DNA from: Bacteroidota bacterium
Lineage (GTDB): Bacteria > Bacteroidota > Bacteroidia > Flavobacteriales > Flavobacteriaceae
Assembly (NCBI GenBank): GCA_029557895.1
Contig: JAKQHT010000009.1
Coordinates: 5,108-69,107 of the forward strand
Direction: 5' to 3'
Length of the DNA stretch: 64,000 nucleotides
Shown: positions 25,458-35,484 of the stretch, piece by piece
Numbering within the stretch: position 1 is the first letter of the stretch
Layout of the letters: each line of letters starts with the position of its first letter
The notes under the pieces: model-generated
Told to the model about the DNA's origin: nothing
What the model saw: only the letters and a program-made list of their open reading frames with translations
Database searches by the model: none
Made by a program: the position numbers and the translations under genes

Positions 25458-26867
25458 TTAGCGTTTGATGAATTTGAACGTTTTATCCTTTCCGTCAAAT
25501 TTGATAAGATAAACGCCGTTTTCAAGTGCCGAGACATCCAGAGGTGTGTCAATGGCCAGGGTCGTATTAAGAATGTTTTTTCCTATGGTATCATAAATTG
25601 AAATCAAAGTACCGTCAGTAATGCCTTTGAAATGCAGTATGCCGCTCGTAGGGTTAGGGTAAATGCTCAATTCGGGTAGATTGGTATCGGAAATCCCAAG
25701 TACAACCTGAAGGTTTTCAGACCATTCTATGGCGTCGTTAAACCTGCCCGGAACTGCAATGTCCATATCGCTGTCGCCATCGAAATCCCCGACGGTAATG
25801 TCCCAATATTGATGGTTGTTGTTTGTTACCAAAGTAGGTGTGGCACTTGGGGCTGCGTTAGCTTCTCCCTTAAAATAGATGATGGCATCATCTGCAGCAC
25901 CGCCGTCAACGACGATAACATCGTTGTAGGTGTCGCCATCCAAGTCCACCACATAGACCATGCCGGGTCTGTCAATAATGGATTCATCTGATACGATATG
26001 TTCCACAGATGGTCCGTTTACAGTTTTTTCGTACCATGCAACGTCGCCTGTTATATTGTCTGCTTTTATCACATCCATAATACCGTCATTGTTCACATCG
26101 GCAAAGCGTACGGCCAAAATTGCCGAATTGCCCGTGCTAACGGGAGTGGTGTCTTTTATCCACGACACGGTGTTGGTACCGCTCTCAACGTATTGGTTAT
26201 AGTAGATTTCGATAGTTTGTGTATTGTAAAAACCTACAACTACGTCCAAGTCGCCATCTCCATCAAAGTCACCTAAATCCAAATAATATGGTCCATTGGT
26301 AGAGCCGTTTTCTATATCGGCTTCCATAGTGAAATTGCCCGAACCGTCATTGGAATACCATGTGGTTTTGTTTTCGTCATAAGATACCACGGCCAGATCT
26401 ATGGTGCCATCGTTATTGATGTCGCCTGCTACGACTTCTCCGGGACCGCCAAGGGCGCCGTCAACAACGACTTCGGGACCAAACCCGACACCGTCACTTA
26501 AAAAATAGACCAATTTGTTCTGGTATGCGGAAGTGGCAACTATATCCAGTCCATATTGTCCATCAATATCTGCGACTGTGAGGCCATCTATCCAAAGAAC
26601 GTCTGAAGATACGAGTTCGATGCTGAAATTTCCATGCCCGTCATTTTTGTACCATTTAATATAATCTACAGCAGGAGTGCCGCCATTATAATTATAGGTG
26701 GCCATTACGATATCGATGTCACCATCTCCATCAAGATCGCCAGAGGCTATTTCCAAGGGGTCAATCCCTGCGTTTGGGTCAATTGTGTGTACAGAGGTAA
26801 AAGGTTGTGCATTGGCAAAATTTGCAATAACACCTAAAAAAAACGCAAAAAGTATATTTTTTTTCAT
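25458..26867 (-). CDS. FG-GAP/VCBS-repeat beta-propeller protein with T9SS type A sorting domain
   Basis: Seven DxDGDGxxD-type repeats, signal peptide, C-terminal IYPNPT...GVYLIK...FKFIKR. Confidence 0.9.
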   Translation of the reverse strand: MKKNILFAFFLGVIANFANAQPFTSVHTIDPNAGIDPLEIASGDLDGDGDIDIVMATYNYNGGTPAVDYIKWYKNDGHGNFSIELVSSDVLWIDGLTVADIDGQYGLDIVATSAYQNKLVYFLSDGVGFGPEVVVDGALGGPGEVVAGDINNDGTIDLAVVSYDENKTTWYSNDGSGNFTMEADIENGSTNGPYYLDLGDFDGDGDLDVVVGFYNTQTIEIYYNQYVESGTNTVSWIKDTTPVSTGNSAILAVRFADVNNDGIMDVIKADNITGDVAWYEKTVNGPSVEHIVSDESIIDRPGMVYVVDLDGDTYNDVIVVDGGAADDAIIYFKGEANAAPSATPTLVTNNNHQYWDITVGDFDGDSDMDIAVPGRFNDAIEWSENLQVVLGISDTNLPELSIYPNPTSGILHFKGITDGTLISIYDTIGKNILNTTLAIDTPLDVSALENGVYLIKFDGKDKTFKFIKR

Positions 26868-26920
26868 TGAAAAGAGAATTTTGTTTTGCTAATATACTGA
26901 TTTATTTTTAGTTGGCAACA

Positions 26921-28318
<1,398 letters not shown>

Positions 28319-28479
28319 AATTGCGTAATGAAAATTGATTGTCTGGCAAATTTATGGTTTTTGAGCACGTGATTGGTTTTAAATCGGTATTAGTTGTCAA
28401 CTATTTTGTTTTTTTCAAAACGATGTGCCGAATATTAATTATTAATGCTTTTCGATACCTTTGCACAAAATTTTCCACT

Positions 28480-29118
28480 ATGATAACGGATATCATCGAA
28501 CGGCTGAAATGGCGCTATGCTACCAAAAAGTTTGATCAAACCAAAACACTTGAGCCAGAACAAGTTAATTTACTCAAAGAAGCCTTTAACCTTACGGCTA
28601 CATCATATGGTTTACAGACTTTAAAAATGTTGGTAATCAAGGATAAAGATGTCAGGAATAAGCTTTTGGAACACGCCTATGGCCAACGTCAGGTGCTCGA
28701 TTCGTCACACCTTTTGGTATTGTGTGTACAAAAAGTTATTGGGTCTGCGGATGTAGATGCACATTTTGACAATGTAAGTGCCACACGAAGCGTTCCCGAA
28801 ACCATTTTGGCGCCTTACAGAGCCAGCCTGAAATCTGTTATAGAAGATATGACTCCAGAACAAAAGGAGGAATGGTCCATACGTCAGGCCTACATAGCGC
28901 TTGGCAATTTGATGACCGTTTGTGCTATGGCAAGAATCGATTCCTGCCCGATGGAAGGTTTTGATGTACAGGGGTTTGATGAAGTTCTAAAACTTTGTGA
29001 TGATAATCTTGCCCCTGTATTGCTTCTTCCTGTGGGTTATCGAAGCCATGACGATATGTTCTCGGGTTTCAAGAAAGTGAGAAAACAACTTGAAGATACC
29101 GTTGTCGATTGGCAGTAA
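28480..29118 (+). CDS. Nitroreductase family NAD(P)H-dependent oxidoreductase
   Basis: WRYATKKFD, TSYGLQ, IDSCPMEGF and LPVGYR motifs. Confidence 0.92.
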   Translation: MITDIIERLKWRYATKKFDQTKTLEPEQVNLLKEAFNLTATSYGLQTLKMLVIKDKDVRNKLLEHAYGQRQVLDSSHLLVLCVQKVIGSADVDAHFDNVSATRSVPETILAPYRASLKSVIEDMTPEQKEEWSIRQAYIALGNLMTVCAMARIDSCPMEGFDVQGFDEVLKLCDDNLAPVLLLPVGYRSHDDMFSGFKKVRKQLEDTVVDWQ

Positions 29119-29211
29119 AAACAGGTGTTAGCATTGTGAGGCTTTAATATTGCGTTATATTTGTATGGCAACACACAATTTTCAATTTTTCAATTTTTTA
29201 AGAATAAAACG

Positions 29212-30405
29212 ATGCCGGGATTTGAATTGTTTGGCAATTTGGAGCGTAAAGAGGTCAATGATGTCCTGGAAACAGGTGTTTTGATGCGCTATGGGTTTGA
29301 TGGCGCGCGACAAGGCCATTGGAAAGCAAAAGCACTTGAAGCCGAATTGCAAAATCAGTTGGGGGCAAAATACGTGCAGGTGGTCAACAGTGGCACTTCG
29401 GCCGTTACGGTAGCACTGGCTATTGCTGGTGTTGGCGCAGGAGATGAGGTCATACTTCCTGCTTTTACATTTGTCGCAAGTTTTGAAGCCGTGCTGATGC
29501 TTGGTGCAACGCCCATATTGGTTGATGTAGATGATACTTTGACCTTGGATATCGACGCGGTAAAAGCGGCCATTACGGCCAAAACCAAGGTGGTTATGCC
29601 TGTACACATGTGCGGAAGTATGGCTAATCTTGACGCACTCCAGGGGCTTTGTAAATCGCATGCACTGCTACTTGTAGAAGATGCTTGCCAAGCTATCGGC
29701 GCAACCTATAAGGGCAAACACCTCGGTACTTATGGCGATATTGGTTGTCTTTCATTTGACTTTGTCAAAACTATTACCTGTGGTGAAGGCGGGGCGGTGC
29801 TTACCAATAACGCTGCTTATGCCCAGCTGGCCGACCATTTTTCTGACCATGGACACGACCATTTGGGTAATGACAGGGGAGCGGAAGCACATCCTTTTTT
29901 GGGCTATAATTTTCGGATATCCGAACTCAATGCCGCTGTGGGATTGGCGCAAGCAAGACGTTTGCCCGAATTTATCAACATCCAAAAAAAACATTACGAT
30001 ATATTGCGAGAGGCGTTGTCAGCAATACCTCAAGTTCAGTTTCGTGCGGTTCCGGAAGGTGGTGAAGAGAGTTATGCTTTCCTGAACTTTTTCCTGCCGG
30101 ATTTGGAAACAGCGCGGAGGGCTTCAAAAATGCTTAAAGAAACCGGGATTGACGGCTGTTTTCATTATTTTGACAACAATTGGCATTATGTGAGAAGGTG
30201 GCAACATCTTATGGAAGCAAAGTCTATTTATCCATTTTCTGAAACTGTCAAAAAAAGTTTGGAATCGCTAAAAACCAAAGCGTTTGATAAGTCGGACCAC
30301 TATATAGGAAGGAACATTTCTTGTTTGATCAAAATGTCCTGGACTGAAGCTGAAGTTGTGGAGCGGGCACGTAAGATGGCCGATGCCATTAGGGTTTCTC
30401 TTTAA
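29212..30405 (+). CDS. kdnA: DegT/DnrJ/EryC1/StrS aminotransferase, KdnA-like (8-amino-Kdo transaminase)
   Basis: MPGFELFG start, VHMCGSMA, EDACQAIG, SFDFVKTITCGEGG, DHGHDH.G.DRGAE.HP, NNWHY and IKMSWT, all shared with Shewanella KdnA as I recall it. Confidence 0.75.
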   Translation: MPGFELFGNLERKEVNDVLETGVLMRYGFDGARQGHWKAKALEAELQNQLGAKYVQVVNSGTSAVTVALAIAGVGAGDEVILPAFTFVASFEAVLMLGATPILVDVDDTLTLDIDAVKAAITAKTKVVMPVHMCGSMANLDALQGLCKSHALLLVEDACQAIGATYKGKHLGTYGDIGCLSFDFVKTITCGEGGAVLTNNAAYAQLADHFSDHGHDHLGNDRGAEAHPFLGYNFRISELNAAVGLAQARRLPEFINIQKKHYDILREALSAIPQVQFRAVPEGGEESYAFLNFFLPDLETARRASKMLKETGIDGCFHYFDNNWHYVRRWQHLMEAKSIYPFSETVKKSLESLKTKAFDKSDHYIGRNISCLIKMSWTEAEVVERARKMADAIRVSL

Positions 30406-30558
30406 TTAAAAAATGAATATTTGCATAGCAGATATTTTGTCCAAAACTGTTTAGGGAATTTTTAGGTGGTTTGGGTAGCGTTTTTTAAAACAGTTATTGC
30501 TTTTTAAAATCCGGCTAATTGCTTTCGTGAAGTTCTTTTTTGGGTACAATCCAACTAT

Positions 30559-31929
30559 TTACTCCTTGGCCAAACGATCCTGCTCCAATTTTTCAGCCAA
30601 ACGCTTTTCGATAATCGGAGTAATCAGTGTCTTTCTTGGATTTTGCTTTACAAACGGAAACAATTCCAAATCGTGTTTCATTTGGTCTTGTTTGTTAGGG
30701 TATTTGTTTGTTCCTAACAAAATTTCTTTGCCCTCGTCAAACAGTTTTTGCTCTTTCTCTGCACTTTCTGCTATTTTTCTTTGGATGGTTCCTTCGATAA
30801 GTTGCGTTATCAAACCTCCGTTTGCCTCAATATCCTTAAATAATTCCAATGCTTTTTCGGCTAATTGCTCGGTAAGTGTTTCGATATAATAAGCTCCGTC
30901 AGCCGGATTATCTACCTTGTCAAAATAGCTTTCGTGTTTTAGAACCAAGAGCTGGTTTCTCGAAATTCTGTCTCCAAACTCGTTTTCCTTGTGATACAGC
31001 ACATCATAAGCCAAATTGGAAACCGAATCGGCACCACCCAAAATTGCACTCATACATTCCGTAGTGGTTCGGAGCATGTTTACGTTGTAGTCGTAAAGGG
31101 TTTTGTTTCGTTTGGTCGGTTGAGCTACAATATGTAAATCAATTTCATGATTGTATTCCTTTTTCAGTGCGTCAATCAACATTCGCAAGGCACGAAGTTT
31201 GGCGATTTCAAAGAAATAATTTGCTCCGACAGAAACTTCAATAGTGATTAGGTTCCTCGACAAGCTTGGAAGGACAGGATTTATTCGGTTGAAATATTCA
31301 TTGCTATGTGCAAGTGTATAAGCCAATTGCTGTACGATATTGGCTCCTGCATTTTGGTACAATCCTGAATCAATACTCAAAAACGGAATTTCAACTTTGG
31401 GATTTAAGTTGTTCAGAACAGAAAAATCGGTATCCAAATTCGTAAACCAATTTCCGTCTTTGGCAAGTTGCCCGATTGGGTCGAGCAATAATTTTACCTG
31501 TAAATCATTCGTTTTGGCGAAAACATTTACTTTTAAAGAAAAATCCTCGGACAAAAACAACGGTTTCAGGTAATAAACAATATCTTTCGGAAGCTGTGAA
31601 AACAAAACGGATAAATCCGTATCTTCTTTTTCGACAATGAAATAAATACTTTCAGCGCCACGATTTAGGGTTTCTTTGGCTCTTTTGTTCGATTTTTCGA
31701 CATCGAAAACATAGATTTTCTGTAAAATTTTAAACGAAGAAGCTTCGGTATTTACAGAAACTGTATTCTCAAATTCGTCATTGTGGTAAAAGGGTTTTAC
31801 CTTAATTCCCTCGGGAGTTTCCCAGATCAGGGTTTCGTTGTAATCTGCTCCTTTCAGGTCAAACTGTATCTGCTGCTTCCACTGTTTGGAAGAAATTTTG
31901 CCAAACTCACCGAACAATTTTTTATTCAT
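30559..31929 (-). CDS. mutA: Methylmalonyl-CoA mutase small (beta) subunit
   Basis: WETPEGI.VKPFY, FFEIAKLRALR, NMLRTTTECMSAILGGAD, RISRNQLL.L..ES and DPADGAYYIE-like motif; no B12-binding domain. Confidence 0.88.
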   Translation of the reverse strand: MNKKLFGEFGKISSKQWKQQIQFDLKGADYNETLIWETPEGIKVKPFYHNDEFENTVSVNTEASSFKILQKIYVFDVEKSNKRAKETLNRGAESIYFIVEKEDTDLSVLFSQLPKDIVYYLKPLFLSEDFSLKVNVFAKTNDLQVKLLLDPIGQLAKDGNWFTNLDTDFSVLNNLNPKVEIPFLSIDSGLYQNAGANIVQQLAYTLAHSNEYFNRINPVLPSLSRNLITIEVSVGANYFFEIAKLRALRMLIDALKKEYNHEIDLHIVAQPTKRNKTLYDYNVNMLRTTTECMSAILGGADSVSNLAYDVLYHKENEFGDRISRNQLLVLKHESYFDKVDNPADGAYYIETLTEQLAEKALELFKDIEANGGLITQLIEGTIQRKIAESAEKEQKLFDEGKEILLGTNKYPNKQDQMKHDLELFPFVKQNPRKTLITPIIEKRLAEKLEQDRLAKE

Positions 31930-32245
31930 TTGTTGTGCTATTTTTCAGGCTATCCTCATATTCAATGATATAAATATCCTCATTGTCTTTTTTCATATAA
32001 TATTTTTCCCTTGCAAGCCTTTCAAGTCCTTCTTCCGTACTCAATTCACTGATGCCTTTTTTGTCTTTTTCTATTTCTTTTTTATAATATTCCTTTTCGT
32101 CTTTTAAATCATTGATATCGGCATTCAGCTCTCTGTGTATCAGCCACGAATTTGCATCGAAAAACAGCATCCAAACAACAAATACCACAAAAACAAGCAC
32201 GTACATGTTTTTGAAGGGCTTGAGGTATTTTGAATTGAGACCCAT
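31922..32245 (-). CDS. Septum formation initiator (FtsB/DivIC family)
   Basis: TM, WMLFFD.NS, coiled coil and LERLAREKYYMKKDNE. Confidence 0.88.
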   Translation of the reverse strand: MGLNSKYLKPFKNMYVLVFVVFVVWMLFFDANSWLIHRELNADINDLKDEKEYYKKEIEKDKKGISELSTEEGLERLAREKYYMKKDNEDIYIIEYEDSLKNSTTNE

Positions 32246-32247
32246 GG

Positions 32248-32856
32248 TTATAAAAGCCTTTGGTTGATAATGGTTTTAACGATGTCTATGGCCACGGTAT
32301 TATACTTGTTGTTGGGGATTATTATGTCGGCAAATTCTTTGGTTGGTTCGATGAACTGTTGGTGCATCGGTTTTAGGGTGGTCTGGTATCGCGTCAACAC
32401 CTCGTCAAGGTCGCGTCCTCTTTCAGTGATGTCTCTTTTAAGACGTCTTATCAGTCGTTCGTCACTGTCGGCATGAACAAATATCTTAATGTCGAAAAGT
32501 TCCCGAAGATCGGGATGGGTAAGTATTAAGATGCCTTCGACAATCATCACTTTCCGGGGTCGGGTAAGCACGGTATCGCCAGTGCGGTTGTGTTTGATGA
32601 ACGAATAGACCGGCTGATGGATTTCTCTTCCGCTTTTGAGGTCCTTCAGGTGCTGTTCAAGCAGTTCGAAATCGATGGAGCGGGGGTGGTCAAAATTGAT
32701 TTTTACACGTTCTTCATAGCTCAAGTGTGATGTGTCCCTGTAATAGGAATCCTGTGAAATGACGCCGACTTCACCGTCGGGCAATTCATTCAGTATTTGA
32801 TTGACCACGGTCGTTTTTCCGCAGCCGGTGCCGCCTGCAATTCCTATGATGAGCAT
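32248..32856 (-). CDS. udk: Uridine kinase
   Basis: GIAGGTGCGKTT, QDSYY, NFDHP, IVEGIL and FIEPTK..ADII motifs. Confidence 0.97.
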   Translation of the reverse strand: MLIIGIAGGTGCGKTTVVNQILNELPDGEVGVISQDSYYRDTSHLSYEERVKINFDHPRSIDFELLEQHLKDLKSGREIHQPVYSFIKHNRTGDTVLTRPRKVMIVEGILILTHPDLRELFDIKIFVHADSDERLIRRLKRDITERGRDLDEVLTRYQTTLKPMHQQFIEPTKEFADIIIPNNKYNTVAIDIVKTIINQRLL

Positions 32857-32904
32857 AATGTTTGGTTAAGATATTGGGCAAATTTAACCAATTCAATAAA
32901 TATT

Positions 32905-33321
32905 TTAGGGTTGAATTTTTGAAACTTCATCAACAGTGACCATTTTTGGGTTTTTATTGCTCCAGGTGTTGTAAATATAGTTCATCACGTCTGCAACTTC
33001 TTCATCTGTAAGTCCCAAAGGTGCCATGGTGGTGTTGTATTTTTGTCCGTTGACTGTGATTTCGCCGGACATTCCATATTTCACGGCCCTGATACTTGCA
33101 TCACGGTTTTTGGCCAAATAATCGGAGCCGTCGAGTGGCGGGAACGCTTTTGGTACTCCCTTGCCGTCTGGCAAATGGCACTGCATACAGAAATCTTCAT
33201 ACACTATGGCTCCACGCTGGATACTCTTTTGGAGTTCGGGATCTTGTGGTGTGTGTTGGTTGTTTTTGCATGACAGCAAAACGCACAATATTATAAAAAT
33301 GGAAATCATGGGCGGTTTCAT
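32905..33321 (-). CDS. Mono-heme cytochrome c lipoprotein
   Basis: Lipobox LLSC, CMQCH, FPPL and a distal Met (TMAPL). Confidence 0.92.
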   Translation of the reverse strand: MKPPMISIFIILCVLLSCKNNQHTPQDPELQKSIQRGAIVYEDFCMQCHLPDGKGVPKAFPPLDGSDYLAKNRDASIRAVKYGMSGEITVNGQKYNTTMAPLGLTDEEVADVMNYIYNTWSNKNPKMVTVDEVSKIQP

Positions 33322-34427
33322 TCCTTTTTTTGTAGGAGTTTGACAATTCCGAGATTTTCAATGCCTACATAGATGTAGCCGTCAGGTCCTTGATGAACCG
33401 TACGCACACGGCCCAAACCATCCAACAGGCGTTCTTCTTGAACGACTTTGCCGTCTTTCAGGATGCATTTGTCCAGATATTCAAATTTTAAAGAACCGAT
33501 CAGTAAATCGCCTTGCCATCCCGGATATTTGTCACTGGTAATAAAAGCCATGCCACTTGGTGCAATGGACGGATCCCAATAGTGGAGAGGTTGCTCCATG
33601 CCCGGGCGAGCGGTTTCGTCCGTGATTTTTGTTCCCGAATAATTGATGCCATATGTGATGGTCGGCCAGCCATAATTGGCACCTTTTTTCACAATATTGA
33701 TTTCGTCGCCGCCTCGAGGTCCATGTTCGTTTGACCAAACTTCGCCCGTTGATGGGTGCAGTGCCATGCCTTGCGGATTGCGGTTGCCATAGGTATATAT
33801 AGCCTTTTTGGCGTTGGGTTGGTTGTAGAATGGATTATCCTCCGGGATGGAGCCATCGTCGTGCAATCGGTATATCTTTCCTCCGTCGCGGGTAATATCT
33901 TGTGGGTTGACAAACTCTTGGCCACGCTCACCAATTGAAAAGAATAGATATCCGTTGTTGTCAAATACAATACGGGAGCCAAAATGTTGTCCTTTTGTAG
34001 TGTTTGGCGTGGCTTTGTAAAGCAATTGTTTCTCAATTAGTTGATTGCCGTTCAGTTTGGCCCGCATCAGGGCAGTATGGCCACCGTTGCCCTCGCCTTC
34101 TGGTGAGGCGTAAGTAAAATAGAGCCAGCCGTTTTCTTGGTAATCGGGGTGCAATACGAGGTCGAGCAGGCCGCCCTGACCACGGTTGTAAATTTCGGGA
34201 AGTCCTTCAACGGTAGATTTTTTACCATCCTTGAAATGAATCATCTTGCCCTCTTTTTCATTGATAAGAATGGAATTGTCCGGCAAAAACGCAAAACCCC
34301 ATGGGATTCTCAATTCTGGAACGATGATTTCATAGGTGTTTTCAGAATTGACAGGGTTTTTGTCCTGCGCACAAGAAAACAATGCAAACAGCAGTAGGGC
34401 AGATGGTAAAGGGATGCGAAAATTCAT
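33318..34427 (-). CDS. PQQ-dependent sugar dehydrogenase (Asd/YliI family) lipoprotein
   Basis: GQGGLLD, HFGSRI, GNRNPQG, EHGPRGGDEIN, NYGWP and SIAPSG motifs. Confidence 0.93.
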   Translation of the reverse strand: MNFRIPLPSALLLFALFSCAQDKNPVNSENTYEIIVPELRIPWGFAFLPDNSILINEKEGKMIHFKDGKKSTVEGLPEIYNRGQGGLLDLVLHPDYQENGWLYFTYASPEGEGNGGHTALMRAKLNGNQLIEKQLLYKATPNTTKGQHFGSRIVFDNNGYLFFSIGERGQEFVNPQDITRDGGKIYRLHDDGSIPEDNPFYNQPNAKKAIYTYGNRNPQGMALHPSTGEVWSNEHGPRGGDEINIVKKGANYGWPTITYGINYSGTKITDETARPGMEQPLHYWDPSIAPSGMAFITSDKYPGWQGDLLIGSLKFEYLDKCILKDGKVVQEERLLDGLGRVRTVHQGPDGYIYVGIENLGIVKLLQKKE

Positions 34428-34585
34428 AACAACATTAGTTTGATCTAAATTTAATAAAATTAATATTGCAATTTAAAGAAAAGGTTTATATTTGCACCTC
34501 CGTTTTCGGGAAAGAATGTGATCTTGATTCCTTGATGCCGTCGCTGGTAGTTTGTAGGAATTTGAAATATTGAAGATTATAGGCT

Positions 34586-34660
34586 CGGGGTGTAGCGTAG
34601 CCCGGTTATCGCGCCACGTTTGGGACGTGGAGGCCGCAGGTTCGAATCCTGCCACCCCGA
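34586..34660 (+). tRNA. tRNA-Pro (TGG)
   Basis: Acceptor stem CGGGGTG/CACCCCG, anticodon arm CCACG-TTTGGGA-CGTGG, T-loop GGTTCGAATCC; CCA not encoded; TATATTTG promoter at 34487-34494. Confidence 0.97.
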
Positions 34661-34667
34661 CAAGTTG

Positions 34668-34706
34668 AAGCCCCAACCATTTTACAAAATGGTTGGGGCT
34701 TTTTTT
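34668..34706 (+). terminator. Intrinsic terminator after tRNA
   Basis: AAGCCCCAACCATTTT-AC-AAAATGGTTGGGGCTT followed by a T tract. Confidence 0.88.
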
Positions 34707-34910
34707 GTTTGGTACTATCTCCCTTGCTTAAAGGCCAATCAGGTTTTTTGTCCAAATCGTCCCTTCTTAAACCGAAAAAGTGTCCTTTTAATTTATAAAA
34801 TCTTTACAGAATTACTTTGATTTTACCGTATTTAATTTCATTAAAAATACGCTGTAACAAATTTTTATCCAATTGCTTATTGAGCTTCTAGATTGTAAAC
34901 CAATGGATGT

Positions 34911-35380
34911 TTACTCTACACGTATATAATTTTCTGAATAATACCTATTGCCTTGATCATCAATGTTTATTTGGCTAAAAGTATTGCCGTCAATTTGGAG
35001 CTCGTAAACAAATTCTTTCTTCTCCTGTATTATTCTGCTCATCATAATAGAGCCATAATCAAGTATTTCTATAAGCTTACCATCTTTGATACGATAGGTG
35101 CCATAACCAAACCATTCTGTGGAATCAGCAGGTACTTTCTTGGCCCAAATGACCCTGCTTGGCGAAAACATCTTTACCTGTCTGTAGCCATTTCTGACCT
35201 CAAAGGTGTCGCTCACTTTATTGTTGACATAATTGTAATAGCCTACCAGTTCCCATGCGCCCACAAGGGGGGTTTCACTCTTTTTTGTGTCACTGGTAAT
35301 TGGTACATCAAGTTGTTTATTTCCATTATTGCAGGATATAAAAAAAACATAAAGAAAAGGGAGAGTGCAGTTGCTTTCAT
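34911..35380 (-). pseudogene. Lipocalin-like lipoprotein interrupted by a frameshift in a T8 run (pseudogene, phase-OFF allele or assembly error)
   Basis: ATG at 35380 plus one extra T in the run at 35340-35347 gives MKATALSLFFMFFFISC-NNGNKQ...PLVGAWELVGY, continuous with the ORF 34911-35264. Confidence 0.7.
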
Positions 35381-35484
35381 AATGTGGGGATTATGGTGTG
35401 TCATTGTCTCTAAACTTACAAAAAAAAATCCAAAAACGTATAAAGACGTCCAATTTTGTTAAAATTTCTTTTAACTCAATGTCA

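Noticed and set aside
25700-26740. Repeated sequence units resembling an array
   Set aside because: These are degenerate protein-level FG-GAP repeats, not CRISPR or DNA tandem repeats.
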